A DNA stretch of 64,000 nt from an uncultured Candidatus Rokubacteria bacterium. GTDB taxonomy: Bacteria > Methylomirabilota > Methylomirabilia > Rokubacteriales > CSP1-6. The stretch covers positions 416,001 to 480,000 of the forward strand of contig CAVWFS010000019.1 of the NCBI GenBank assembly GCA_963754315.1. Direction: 5' to 3'. The first letter of the stretch is position 1; each line of letters opens with the position of its first letter. A model generated the notes under the pieces. The model was not told where the DNA came from and searched no databases. It worked only from the letters and a program-made list of their open reading frames with translations. Of the stretch, positions 42,378-52,457 are shown piece by piece. Both the position numbers and the translations under genes were made by a program.

Positions 42378-43402
42378 CACCAGCGCAACAACGCTCCTTC
42401 CGCGGCAAAGCCGGGGCCGAGGCCGATCATGAGCCCCCATTCACCGGGAATCGGCTGAGCCGTCCGTAAGGTCTCCTCCAGCACGAAGAGGATGGTCGCC
42501 GAGGACATGTTGCCGTACTGCCGCAGCACGTGGCGAGAGGCCGCCACCTGCTCCTCGGTGAGGTCGAGGACCGTGAGCGCACGATCGATCACGTGACGAC
42601 CGGCCGAGTGGAGGATCCAGTACCCGATGTCATCGTGCTTGAGTCCTTGCACGCTCATCATCACGGCCGCCATCTCGCCCATCATCGACGATCCGATGCG
42701 GCGGACGTCCTTGGAGAGAACAACACGAGGCCGGCCGCCGGGATAGTCGAAGCCCATGGCGTCGAGGTGCTCGGGACGGAACAACGTTCGGTGGGCAATG
42801 ACGCTCGGGCCCGGACCCGTGGCGGACAGGGCGACGGCCGCGGCCCCGTCGGCAAAGATGGCGTGCGCCACCGCGCTTTCCAGTCGGTCGTCGTCGTAAT
42901 ACGCTGCCGAGCAGATCTCGACCGCGAGCACGAGCGCCTTGTGATCCGGAAAGGCCTGAAGATGATTCCACGCCTGCTGCATCGCCACCATCGCCGACGC
43001 ACAACCGGTGTCGCCAATGTGGGCGCGCTGGATATCGCGGCGGCAGCCGAGCCTGCCCACGAGGTGCGCGTCCAGGCTCGGCGTCAGGCGACCCGTGCAC
43101 GTTGTGGTGGCCAGGAAGTCGAGATCGTCGGGTGTCCATCCGGCCGCCGCCAGCGCGCGGCGCACGGCGGCCTCGCCGATCTCGAGCGCGCCGCGGCGGA
43201 ACCGATCGTTCAGCTCATCCACCGTTTCCCGGCCATCGAAGGTTGCGGGGTCGAGGTAGAGATAGCGGCCCTCGATATCGCTGTGCCCGAAGAAACCTAG
43301 ACGCGCGGGGTCCGCGTAGCGGGCCAGGCGCAAGATATCGTCCTGAGTGAAGCGCGTCGCGGGCGTGGCGGAGGCGACAGCATTGACCCTGGGCAGGATC
43401 AT
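42377..43402 (-). CDS. type III polyketide synthase (chalcone synthase-like)
   Basis: Cys (DTGCAS), His (ILHSAG) and Asn (YGNMSS) triad; GLGPGF. Confidence 0.93.
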   Translation of the reverse strand: MILPRVNAVASATPATRFTQDDILRLARYADPARLGFFGHSDIEGRYLYLDPATFDGRETVDELNDRFRRGALEIGEAAVRRALAAAGWTPDDLDFLATTTCTGRLTPSLDAHLVGRLGCRRDIQRAHIGDTGCASAMVAMQQAWNHLQAFPDHKALVLAVEICSAAYYDDDRLESAVAHAIFADGAAAVALSATGPGPSVIAHRTLFRPEHLDAMGFDYPGGRPRVVLSKDVRRIGSSMMGEMAAVMMSVQGLKHDDIGYWILHSAGRHVIDRALTVLDLTEEQVAASRHVLRQYGNMSSATILFVLEETLRTAQPIPGEWGLMIGLGPGFAAEGALLRW

Positions 43403-43473
43403 CCGATCCTCCTCGCGCGGAAAACCCGCGCTAAGATGGCTACGACATCGAGCATACTGCGAGGGCGCACCGC

Positions 43474-43998
43474 ATGCCACTGTTCAGCTTCGAGGGAAAG
43501 CAGCCTGAAGTTCATCCGTCGGCCTTCATCGCGCCGACGGCGGTGTTGATCGGTGACGTCACGGTCGAGGAGCGCGCGTCTGTCTGGTACAACGCGATTC
43601 TTCGGGGCGACTTCTCGCCGATTGTCGTTCGACGCGGCGCCAATGTGCAGGACGGCTCGGTGATTCACGTGACACCGGGCACCGGCACCGAGATCGGTGC
43701 GGGCGCGACGATCGGTCATCTGTGTGTCATTCACGCAGCGCTCATCGGAGAGGAAGCGTTGATCGGCAATGGCGCCACCGTCCTCGACGGCGCCAAGGTG
43801 GGCGCGCGCGCGATGGTGGCAGCGGGGGCGCTGGTCACGCCAGGAAGGGAGATTCCCGACGGGATGCTCGCGGTCGGCGTTCCAGCGAAGGTACGCGGCC
43901 CGGTGGCAGGCACCCCCGCGGAACGCTGGGTGAAGGTTAACCCAGAGGTCTACCAGGCCCTCGCCCAGCGCCACAAGGCAAGCATCGTCGCGCTCTGA
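43474..43998 (+). CDS. gamma-carbonic anhydrase family protein
   Basis: RGD, NVQDGSVIH, GHLCVIH hexapeptide repeats. Confidence 0.92.
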   Translation: MPLFSFEGKQPEVHPSAFIAPTAVLIGDVTVEERASVWYNAILRGDFSPIVVRRGANVQDGSVIHVTPGTGTEIGAGATIGHLCVIHAALIGEEALIGNGATVLDGAKVGARAMVAAGALVTPGREIPDGMLAVGVPAKVRGPVAGTPAERWVKVNPEVYQALAQRHKASIVAL

Positions 43999-44009
43999 GC
44001 ACGGGTGTC

Positions 44010-44624
44010 ATGGGGACCATCCTGCTCACCGGCTTCGAACCATTCGCCGACGACCTCGCCAACCCATCGCAAGAGATCACCAAGGTTCTTGATGGCCGTC
44101 AGGTGGGGGCCTGCGCGGTGCGGGGCATCGTCCTTCCCGTCGAGCATACGTCCGCGCGCGCGCGGATGGCCGTCGCGCTGCGTGATCCAGAGCTGGTCGG
44201 CGTGATGCACGTCGGGCTGGCCGGTGGACGGGCACGCATCGCCCTCGAGCAGGTCGCGGTCAACGTGATGGACTACTCGATACCCGACGCGAAGGGTCGG
44301 CGATTTGCGGGCGAGCCATGCGTCATGGGCGGACCGGCCGCCTACCTCAGCACGCTTCCCAATCGGGCCATCCTCACGGCGCTGACAGCCGACGGCGTGC
44401 CCGGGTATCTCTCGTACACGGCGGGGACCTACCTCTGCAACCAGACGCTCTACTGGACACTCCACGAGATCGCGCAGCGCGGCCTGGCCGTGCGCGCGGG
44501 GTTCATGCACGTGCCCTTCGTGCCCTCGATGGTCGCTGCCCACGGCCTCGACGAGCCGAGCATGGAGCTCTCGACGATGGTCCGCGCGGCGGAGATCATC
44601 CTGCGGGTGGTGGCCGCAGGATAG
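44010..44624 (+). CDS. pcp: pyroglutamyl-peptidase I
   Basis: LLTGFEPF, AGTYLCN, GFMHVP. Confidence 0.93.
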   Translation: MGTILLTGFEPFADDLANPSQEITKVLDGRQVGACAVRGIVLPVEHTSARARMAVALRDPELVGVMHVGLAGGRARIALEQVAVNVMDYSIPDAKGRRFAGEPCVMGGPAAYLSTLPNRAILTALTADGVPGYLSYTAGTYLCNQTLYWTLHEIAQRGLAVRAGFMHVPFVPSMVAAHGLDEPSMELSTMVRAAEIILRVVAAG

Positions 44625-45800
44625 TCAGTCCTTGGGCAAGCCGAGCACGCGCTCGCCCAGGATGTTGCGGAGAATCTCGGTGGTGCCGGCGCGAATCCCG
44701 CTGCCGCGCGCGAGCAGCTCGTAGAACTCCCACTGCCCGTCGTCGGGCGCCCACGGTCCCTCGCAGATCTGCGAGTACTGTCCGAGAATCTCGGTGGCCA
44801 CCAGGGCAAGCTCCTGGTCGATCTGGCTCCAGTGGAGCTTGGCGATCGAACCTTCCGGTCCGGGCGCCCCACCCTTCAGAATACGGGTCAGGCCGCGGTA
44901 CCCATTGAGCTTCAACGCCTGCTCGCCGATGACGATGCTGGCGATCCGCTGTCGCAGCACCGGATCATGGGCCTGGCCGCGATCCCGAGCGAGCTTGATC
45001 AGCCGTGACACCGCCGTCTGCAGCGAGATGTGACGGATGTGGGTGAGCAGGTCGCGCTCGTACGCGAGCGTGTGGATGGCCACCGCCCAGCCCTCGTTCA
45101 GGGTGCCGACCAAATTGTCCACGGGAATCCGCACGTTGTCGTAGAAGACCTCGTTGAACTCCGCCTCCCCGGTGATCTGCCGCAGCGGCCGCACGCTGAT
45201 TCCCGGTGTCTTCATGTCGACGAGGAGAAAGCTGATTCCCTTGTGCTTGGCGGCCTGGGGATCGGTCCGGACCAGCAGAAAACACCAGTCGGCCACGTGC
45301 CCCATGCTGGTCCACACCTTCTGACCATTGACGATGAAGACGTCGCCCTCTCGCACGGCTCGCGTCTGGAGGTTGGCGAGATCAGAACCTGCGTTCGGCT
45401 CCGAGAAGCCCTGACACCAGAGGTGTTCGGCGGTGAGGATGCGGGGAAGAAAGCGCTCCCGCTGGGCCGGGGTACCGTATTTCATCAGGGTCGGCCCCAG
45501 CATGGAGAGTCCGCCTCGGTTGACGAGTTGAGGCGACTCGGCGCGAGCCATCTCTTGATAGAGGATGATCTGCTCGACGAGGGGCGCCCCTCGGCCTCCG
45601 AACTCGCGTGGCCAGTCCATCCCGACGTAGCCGGCCTCGTACATCCTGCGCTGCCAGGCCCGGAGCTGGGCCACCTCTTCCAGGTTGGCGCGCGAGGCGG
45701 CAAAGCCGCGCCCACGGAGGCTCTCCGGCAAGTTCTGCTCGAGCCATTGCCGAACTTCCTTCCGAAATGCTTCCTGGCCCTCACTGAAGTCGAAGTCCAT
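44625..45800 (-). CDS. acyl-CoA dehydrogenase family protein
   Basis: WCQGFSEPNAGSDLA, NGQKVWTS, FNEVFYD. Confidence 0.93.
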   Translation of the reverse strand: MDFDFSEGQEAFRKEVRQWLEQNLPESLRGRGFAASRANLEEVAQLRAWQRRMYEAGYVGMDWPREFGGRGAPLVEQIILYQEMARAESPQLVNRGGLSMLGPTLMKYGTPAQRERFLPRILTAEHLWCQGFSEPNAGSDLANLQTRAVREGDVFIVNGQKVWTSMGHVADWCFLLVRTDPQAAKHKGISFLLVDMKTPGISVRPLRQITGEAEFNEVFYDNVRIPVDNLVGTLNEGWAVAIHTLAYERDLLTHIRHISLQTAVSRLIKLARDRGQAHDPVLRQRIASIVIGEQALKLNGYRGLTRILKGGAPGPEGSIAKLHWSQIDQELALVATEILGQYSQICEGPWAPDDGQWEFYELLARGSGIRAGTTEILRNILGERVLGLPKD

Positions 45801-45901
45801 GCCATGCGCCTCTCGTTACCGTCTGGCCCTCATCACACCATGCCCCCCCTGACCCCGCAAGGGCATGGGCAGGCGAGATCCGGTAGCCGGCGGTGCAGAG
45901 C

Positions 45902-46816
45902 CTAGTCGCGTTGACGCCGAGCCGTCGCCAGGAGCTCTCGCAAGTTCCCGTCGTGTCGACGAAGGGTAGCCCGGGCCCCCCGAGCCGATTGCCCTGTGTG
46001 CGCCATCACGATGGCTAGCCGCGCCCGACCGGCAGCGTCGGCCAGGGCGCGCCGGGCGCGACCTCGAGTCACGCCGGCGACCTCCTCCACCAGACGCACC
46101 GCGCGCGCGCTCAGCTTCCGGGAGCGGGGCTGTAGATCGACCATGCGGTTCTCGTAGACCTTCCCGAGCCTCACCATCGTAGCGGTGGTCAAGATGTTGA
46201 GCACGAGCTTGGTGGTTGTCCCCGCCTTGAGCCTGGTGGAACCGGTCACCACTTCGGGCCCCGGGATCGGCGCGATCACGACTTCGGCCAGCCCGCGTGA
46301 TACTCCGGGATTACAGGACACCAGCACCGTACGGGCGCCCGCGCGGCGGGCAACGACCAGCACGGCCCGGACGAAGGCCGTCATCCCGCTGGCCGAGATC
46401 CCCACCACGACGTCACCGGCCCGCAGTCTGCGCCCGGCGAGGCGGCCCGCGACGACGTCGTCCTCGGCTCCCTCCCGGGAGCGAAAGACGGCGCCCCGCC
46501 CACCCGCCATGATCGCCTGCACCAGCCGTGGAGGTGTCCCAAAGGTCGGCGGACATTCGGCTGCCTCGAGAACACCGAGGCGGCCGCTCGTCCCGGCGCC
46601 GACAAAGAAGAGGCGCCCCCCACCACGAAGCGAGGCCACGATGACGTCGATACCCCGGGCCAGCGCGGGAAGCACCCGTCGCACCGCCTCCGCCGGGCGC
46701 CGATCCTCTCGATTCATGAGGCGCGCGACCTCAAGCGCACTCATTCTGTCAAGGGCGCGCGCTGCGCGATTCGGGTGCTCGGTCGCGAGACGTTCGTAGC
46801 GTTGAGTCCGCGCCAT
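45902..46816 (-). CDS. murQ: N-acetylmuramic acid 6-phosphate etherase
   Basis: GAGTSGRLG, ECPPTFG, GPEVVTGSTRLKAGT. Confidence 0.95.
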   Translation of the reverse strand: MARTQRYERLATEHPNRAARALDRMSALEVARLMNREDRRPAEAVRRVLPALARGIDVIVASLRGGGRLFFVGAGTSGRLGVLEAAECPPTFGTPPRLVQAIMAGGRGAVFRSREGAEDDVVAGRLAGRRLRAGDVVVGISASGMTAFVRAVLVVARRAGARTVLVSCNPGVSRGLAEVVIAPIPGPEVVTGSTRLKAGTTTKLVLNILTTATMVRLGKVYENRMVDLQPRSRKLSARAVRLVEEVAGVTRGRARRALADAAGRARLAIVMAHTGQSARGARATLRRHDGNLRELLATARRQRD

Positions 46817-46822
46817 GCGCCC

Positions 46823-46854
46823 ATTCTAACGGGGTGCCCGCGTCTTGCTACCAT
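46823..46854. promoter_or_regulatory. back-to-back leaderless-type promoters for murQ (-) and namZ (+)
   Basis: TAGAAT (46828-23) lies 6 nt before ATG 46816; TGcTACCAT (46846-54) lies 6 nt before ATG 46861. Confidence 0.7.
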
Positions 46855-46860
46855 CGGGCT

Positions 46861-48030
46861 ATGCACGTCGAAACAGGCCTCCACGTTCTCGCTCACCATC
46901 GCACGGCGCTCCTGCGCGGCCAGCGATTCGCTCTGCTCTCACACCAGGCCTCCGTTGATGGCCGACTCGAACACGCCATCCCGCTTCTCAGGAGGGCACC
47001 GGGCGCACGGCTCGCCGCCCTCATGGCCCCCGAGCACGGAATCTGGGGTGCGCCGCAGGATCACATTCACATCACCGCCGAGGTCGATCCCGTCACCATG
47101 TTGCCCGTCCACAGCCTCTACGGCACGAGACGGACACCCACCTCGAAGATGCTGCGCGGACTCGACGCGTTAGTCGTCGACCTCCAAGACGTCGGGTCGC
47201 GCTATTACACGTTCGTATGGACGATGGTGCTGAGCATGCAGGCATGCGCTGCCGTGGGGGTACGCGTGATCGTGCTGGATCGGCCAAATCCGCTCGGCGG
47301 ACTTCTGACGGAAGGCAACTGGCCTGACCCGCGCTTCGCCTCGTTCGTCGGCCTGTATCCCCTTCCCATACGCCACGGCATGACCATCGGCGAGCTGGCC
47401 GGTTATCTCAACACCACGCACGGCTTCGGGTGCGACCTGACGGTGGTACCGATGCGCGGGTGGCGCCGGCACATGCTGTGGGAGGACACGGGGCTCTCCT
47501 GGGTCGCGCCGTCCCCCAACATGCCGACCCCCGATACCGCGCGGGTTTACCCTGGAGGCTGCCTGATCGAGGGGACCAACCTATCGGAAGGACGGGGCAC
47601 AACGCGGCCCTTCGAGCTGGTCGGGGCGCCATTCCTCGACGCACAGGAGTACGCCAAGGCACTCACACGCCTCGGTCTTCCGGGTGTCCGCTTCCGGGCC
47701 GCCCGCTTTCGGCCGACGTTTCACAAGTGGGCCCGCCAACTTTGCGGTGGCGTTCAAGTTCACGTGACCGACGCGGCGCGCTTCCGGCCGTTTCTCACCG
47801 GCCTCGGGCTGATCGCCGCCGCGCGCGTGCTCGCGCCTCGAGGTTTCGCGTGGCGTCAACCTCCCTACGAGTTCGAACACCGGCGACGCCCCTTCGATAT
47901 CCTATGCGGCACCGATACCATTCGCCGAGCTCTGGAGCGAGGGCGTCCGCTCGCCGCGCTGGAGAAGCAGTGGCGCAGACCTTTGGCCACCTGGATGCGA
48001 GCGCGCCGCCGCTTTCTGCTGTACACGTGA
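46861..48030 (+). CDS. namZ: DUF1343/NamZ exo-beta-N-acetylmuramidase (GH171), no signal peptide
   Basis: APEHG, DLQDVGSRYYT, LDRPNP, RHGMTIGE, SEGRGT. Confidence 0.9.
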   Translation: MHVETGLHVLAHHRTALLRGQRFALLSHQASVDGRLEHAIPLLRRAPGARLAALMAPEHGIWGAPQDHIHITAEVDPVTMLPVHSLYGTRRTPTSKMLRGLDALVVDLQDVGSRYYTFVWTMVLSMQACAAVGVRVIVLDRPNPLGGLLTEGNWPDPRFASFVGLYPLPIRHGMTIGELAGYLNTTHGFGCDLTVVPMRGWRRHMLWEDTGLSWVAPSPNMPTPDTARVYPGGCLIEGTNLSEGRGTTRPFELVGAPFLDAQEYAKALTRLGLPGVRFRAARFRPTFHKWARQLCGGVQVHVTDAARFRPFLTGLGLIAAARVLAPRGFAWRQPPYEFEHRRRPFDILCGTDTIRRALERGRPLAALEKQWRRPLATWMRARRRFLLYT

Positions 48031-48055
48031 GCATGCGCTGGTACCCGCGACCGGT

Positions 48056-48595
48056 TTAGCCCGTGTACCCGCGCCCGCGCATGCACGCCGCATACGCGTC
48101 GCGATACCGCTCGTCGTAGCGGCGATTCTCGTTGAGACCGTAGAGGGTTCCACCCCCAGCGCCGACGACGCCCCCGATGGCTGCCCCCGTGCCCGCCCCC
48201 TTTCCACCGCCTGCGATGGCACCACCAGCCGCACCGGCCGCGGCTCCCGCCACGGCGCCGATCACCCCATCCTTGACCACTTCCATGGTCTTGTCATGCG
48301 CGCCGACCTGCCTCACCGCCTGCTGGTTACAGGCATCGACAACTGCCTGCGATGGAACGCTCGGCGTTGCGGCCACCGATCGCGGCGCCGCCGCGCGAGC
48401 CACCGGCGCCGTTTTCACCGGTGCGCTCGGCGCCGGGGCCGGCGCCATCTTCTGACCTTGCGCCGCGGACCCAGCCGCATCCGGCCTGGGCCCGGTCCAG
48501 TTCGCCACCACGAGACCGGTCACGAGCGCAACTCCGATCGATATCAACAACCCTATGGTCGTCGCCTTCCAGGGGTTCCAGCCGCTGTTCGTCAT
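48056..48595 (-). CDS. membrane-anchored glycine-zipper protein
   Basis: TM, Pro/Ala linker, Cys..GAAGGAIAGG..GAGGG..Cys; SD AGGAGG. Confidence 0.8.
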   Translation of the reverse strand: MTNSGWNPWKATTIGLLISIGVALVTGLVVANWTGPRPDAAGSAAQGQKMAPAPAPSAPVKTAPVARAAAPRSVAATPSVPSQAVVDACNQQAVRQVGAHDKTMEVVKDGVIGAVAGAAAGAAGGAIAGGGKGAGTGAAIGGVVGAGGGTLYGLNENRRYDERYRDAYAACMRGRGYTG

Positions 48596-48619
48596 GCGCG
48601 CCTCCTGACGTTGGTTGAC

Positions 48620-48635
48620 AGCAGCCGCCATGCCA
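48620..48635 (-). promoter_or_regulatory. putative sigma54 (-24/-12) promoter
   Basis: TGGCATGGCGGCTGCT = GG-N10-GC, just upstream of the SD of the glycine-zipper gene and divergent from an NtrC-type activator. Confidence 0.6.
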
Positions 48636-48856
48636 TGCGACCGATGCCGAAAGGGGCGCACTGACTCGAACTTGCCGCATCGAGCGCCAAAATCGAGGTG
48701 AGAAGAATCTTCCCGACTGTGACGTTCCTGCACGCTTGCCACCCGCAAGATGCACGCAGGGCGTCACGCGTTCGCTGGCGTGATTCTTGCGGCCGTACAA
48801 TCTAGCGCGACACGCGCGTTACTGGCATCATGCTGGCTGGCCTTCGAGAATCCCCA

Positions 48857-50209
48857 ATGGCTCGACGTATTCTCGTCGTGGACGACGACGCTGCCACCCG
48901 GAGTGGGCTCGGGACACTGCTTTCGAGCTGGGGCTACGAGGTTGAATCAGCGGCCGATGGGGAGGAGGCCCTCGCCAAGGCTGGTTTGTTCCATCCCGCT
49001 GTGGTCATCACCGACCTCGTCATGCCCAGGCTCGACGGCATGGACCTCCTGCACGCGCTGCGGCGGGATACTCCGTCCACCACCGTCATCCTCTTGACAG
49101 CACATGGCACCATCGAGACGGCGGTCAGCGCGGTCAAGGACGGGGCCTATGATTATTTGACCAAGCCGGTCGACCTGGGCCGCTTGCGATTGCTGATCGA
49201 GAAGGCGCTCGAGCGCTGGGAGGCACTCAGCGAGGTCACCCTGCTCAGACGGAGAGTCCAGGAGATCTGGGGCCTGGGTCGCCTCGTAGGGAAGAGCGCT
49301 GCCATGCAGGAAATCTACCGGCTCATCGAGCTGGCCGGCCCCACGACCGCCCCCGTCCTCATCTGGGGAGAGAGCGGGACCGGCAAGGAACTGGTCGCAC
49401 GGACGCTTCACGATCGCTCGGCGCGCGCGGGAGGACCCTTCGTAGCCGTGAACTGCGCCGCCATCCCGGAGACCCTCTTGGAGAGCGAGATCTTCGGTCA
49501 CGAGCGAGGTGCCTTCACCGGTGCCTTCGAACGGCGACTGGGCTGCTTCGAGCTGGCCGACAATGGCACGCTCTTCCTCGACGAGATCGCTGAGATGAGC
49601 CCCGCCACCCAGGCGAAGTTTCTGCGAATCCTTCAGGAGGGGACGGTACGGCGGCTCGGAGCGAAGGCCGAGATTGCCGTGGACGTACGCGTGCTGGCGG
49701 CCACCAACAAAGATCCCGTGAAGGCCGTCAAGGACGGGCTCTTCCGAGAGGATCTCTTCTATCGGCTGAACGTCTTCGGCATCGCGCTCCCCCCGCTCCG
49801 ACAGCGGCCCGAGGATATCTTGCTCTTGATCGACGCGTTCCTGGAGGAACTGAACGGGCGTTACGGCCGCCAGGTCAAATCCGTGGACGAGGAGGCACGC
49901 CGGCTCCTCCTCGAGTGCCCGTGGCCTGGCAACGCGCGCGAGCTGCGCAATACGCTCGAGCGCGCGGTCGTGATGTGCGATGCTGAGCTCATCGGCGTCC
50001 GTCACCTACCGCGCGAGCTTCCTCTCGTGACGCGGCCCGGTCCAACCTGCCCCGGGCACGCCTCGGTCGGGATCTCGCTCGACGACGCCGAGAAGGAGCT
50101 GATTCTCAGTACGCTAGCCTCCGTGGGAGGTAACAAGACGCGCGCAGCGGAGATCCTGGGCATCAGCGTCAGAACACTCCACAACAAACTCCACCGCTAC
50201 CGGGCGTAG
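48857..50209 (+). CDS. sigma54-dependent response regulator (REC-AAA+-Fis HTH)
   Basis: [38 protein letters not shown]. Confidence 0.95.
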   Translation: MARRILVVDDDAATRSGLGTLLSSWGYEVESAADGEEALAKAGLFHPAVVITDLVMPRLDGMDLLHALRRDTPSTTVILLTAHGTIETAVSAVKDGAYDYLTKPVDLGRLRLLIEKALERWEALSEVTLLRRRVQEIWGLGRLVGKSAAMQEIYRLIELAGPTTAPVLIWGESGTGKELVARTLHDRSARAGGPFVAVNCAAIPETLLESEIFGHERGAFTGAFERRLGCFELADNGTLFLDEIAEMSPATQAKFLRILQEGTVRRLGAKAEIAVDVRVLAATNKDPVKAVKDGLFREDLFYRLNVFGIALPPLRQRPEDILLLIDAFLEELNGRYGRQVKSVDEEARRLLLECPWPGNARELRNTLERAVVMCDAELIGVRHLPRELPLVTRPGPTCPGHASVGISLDDAEKELILSTLASVGGNKTRAAEILGISVRTLHNKLHRYRA

Positions 50210-50211
50210 GC

Positions 50212-52029
50212 GTGCGCGTCGGCATCCGCACCAAGGAAGCCGTCGCCATCACGCTGTTGACGTTCCTGGTGGCGGCGACCACGAGCCTCGTGCATCTGGC
50301 CCAGCTCGGCCGGGTGGTGGTGGAAGAAGAGACTCGACAGGCCGACCTCATCGCACGGCAGGTGTCCGCACAAGCCAACCGGGCCCTGGCCAGCACGCCA
50401 GGTCGTGACCCGCGGCGAATCCTGCGTCAAAGCCCCGAGCTCCGCGGTTTGCTCGACGCGACGGTCGGCATCTCGTCGAACCTGCTCGACGTCATGATCG
50501 CGGACCGGGAGGGGGTGGTGGTGGCGCATAGCGAGCGGCCGAAGGAGGGGGCCATGGCCCCGCGTCGGCTCGCGCTCGCCGAGCTTCTGGCGCTCGATCC
50601 TGTCCGCCGGCTCGTCACCCTGGCCCAGGGAGGCACGGTCTACGAGGCTTCGCTCCCCATCACGCTCAACGGCCAGCCGTTCGGAACCATCCGTCTCGGC
50701 ATCTCGACAACCCTCCTCCGGCGCGAACTGGGGGCCGCCCTGCGGCAAAGCCTGGTCGTGACCGGTGTCGCCATGGCGCTCGCGTGGCTCGTCGCCATGG
50801 CGCTGGCGCAAGTCATCTTGAGGCCGCTGCGCGCCCTCGTCCGTGACGTGGGACGCCTGCGACGCGGCGAACTCCTGGAAATAGCGCCCGGAAGCGAGGC
50901 CGTTCCCGGGAGCCGGGATGAGCTTGGAGAGCTGGCCGCCCAGCTGCGGCTGCTCGGCAAGCAGGTCGAGACCGACCGCGGGCGAATGCTCAGCGAGAAA
51001 TCGACCCTCCGACAAATGGTGGACCACCTCGAAGACGCCGTGATTTTCTTCAACCACGAGCATCGGGTGCTGTCCTTCAGCCGTTCTGCCGAGAGCATCC
51101 TGGGGGCATCACTAGAGGACGCGGTCGGCCGTGCCGTCGGGGATTTGCTCCCTGCCGTTCATCCCCTGCGCACCCTGTTGGCCGGCCCGCTCGACCGCGG
51201 CCCGACTCGCGCCCGCACGATCAGCCTCGTTGGCGACGACGGCGAGGCACGAGACTACCTGGTCTCGGTGTGGCCAGTCAGAGATGGGAGACGCCTCATC
51301 GGCGCCATGGTGCTGCTCCGGAACCTCCAGTCGATCCGGGGCGTGCAGTCCCTCATCAGCTACTCGGCCAAGCTGGCCGCGCTGGGCGGCCTTACCTCAG
51401 GCGTGACTCACGAGGTCAAGAATCCGCTCAACGCCATGATGATCCACCTCGAGATCGTGCGCTCCGGGCTGGGGCCTCGGAGCGATGAGGTGGGGCGCAG
51501 TCTGGAGGTCATCGGCGGGGAGATCCGTCGGCTCGACCGTGTGGTGCAGGGCTTCCTGAAGTTCGCGCGCCCTCAGGAGCTGAAGCTGACCGCTGTGGAT
51601 CTGAACGCGCTGTTGAGCAGCATCACCTCGCTGCTAGACGAGGAGTGGCGCCCGGCGGGCTTGCGCGTCGACCTCGCGCTCTGCCCAGGGCTGCCCGCGG
51701 TCACAGGCGACGAGGAGCTCCTTCGACAGGCCTTCTTCAACATCATCCAGAACGCCGGACAGGCCATGCCCGCGGGAGGAACGGCCACCATCTGCACCGT
51801 CCTCGACGAGAGTGGGAGCGTCTCCGTTCGTATCGCCGACGAGGGGGTGGGGATTCCCGCCGCCGATCTCGACAAGGTCTTCAAGCTCTACTACACGACG
51901 CGCCCCGACGGCAACGGCATCGGCCTCGCGCTCGTCTACCGTATCGTGCAGATGCACGACGGTAGCATCGCGTTGACCTCCGAGGTAGGCCGGGGGACGA
52001 CGGTGACGGTCAGCCTGCCGGCGACCTGA
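50212..52029 (+). CDS. sensor histidine kinase (periplasmic sensor, HAMP, PAS, HisKA, HATPase)
   Basis: Two TM; HEVKNPL, NIIQNA, DEGVG, GNGIGL. Confidence 0.93.
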   Translation: MRVGIRTKEAVAITLLTFLVAATTSLVHLAQLGRVVVEEETRQADLIARQVSAQANRALASTPGRDPRRILRQSPELRGLLDATVGISSNLLDVMIADREGVVVAHSERPKEGAMAPRRLALAELLALDPVRRLVTLAQGGTVYEASLPITLNGQPFGTIRLGISTTLLRRELGAALRQSLVVTGVAMALAWLVAMALAQVILRPLRALVRDVGRLRRGELLEIAPGSEAVPGSRDELGELAAQLRLLGKQVETDRGRMLSEKSTLRQMVDHLEDAVIFFNHEHRVLSFSRSAESILGASLEDAVGRAVGDLLPAVHPLRTLLAGPLDRGPTRARTISLVGDDGEARDYLVSVWPVRDGRRLIGAMVLLRNLQSIRGVQSLISYSAKLAALGGLTSGVTHEVKNPLNAMMIHLEIVRSGLGPRSDEVGRSLEVIGGEIRRLDRVVQGFLKFARPQELKLTAVDLNALLSSITSLLDEEWRPAGLRVDLALCPGLPAVTGDEELLRQAFFNIIQNAGQAMPAGGTATICTVLDESGSVSVRIADEGVGIPAADLDKVFKLYYTTRPDGNGIGLALVYRIVQMHDGSIALTSEVGRGTTVTVSLPAT

Positions 52030-52427
52030 TGCGCCTCGCCCATGCGATGGCCTGGCTGAGCATGCTTCCGGCGCTGGCGGGATGCGCCCAGCCGAAGCCG
52101 CCCTCCCCACCCCCACCCCGGCCCGCGTCGCCAAAATCGGTGCCGCCGCCCGCCCGGCCGCCCTCGGTGATCTCGCCCCAAACCAATCCCGAGGAGGAAC
52201 GCCGTCTCGTCCAGCTGACCACCACGAATCTCGACAGCGCGGAGCAGCGACTCAAGCAGCTCGGCAATCGGCGCCTGTCCGCCGAGCAGCAGGACACGGC
52301 CCAGACCATCCGGAGCTTCATCGTCAAGGCCCGTGAGGCCCTCGGAGCGAGCGACCTGGCCCGGGCCTCCACCCTGTCGGACAAAGCGCGCATCCTCGCC
52401 GACGAGCTCGCACGTAACGTGCGCTGA
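52029..52427 (+). CDS. Pro-rich helical lipoprotein
   Basis: Lipobox LAGC; ATG overlaps the kinase TGA. Confidence 0.75.
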   Translation: MRLAHAMAWLSMLPALAGCAQPKPPSPPPPRPASPKSVPPPARPPSVISPQTNPEEERRLVQLTTTNLDSAEQRLKQLGNRRLSAEQQDTAQTIRSFIVKAREALGASDLARASTLSDKARILADELARNVR

Positions 52428-52457
52428 GTCGCGCGCTCCTCCGTTAGAATTCTCGAC

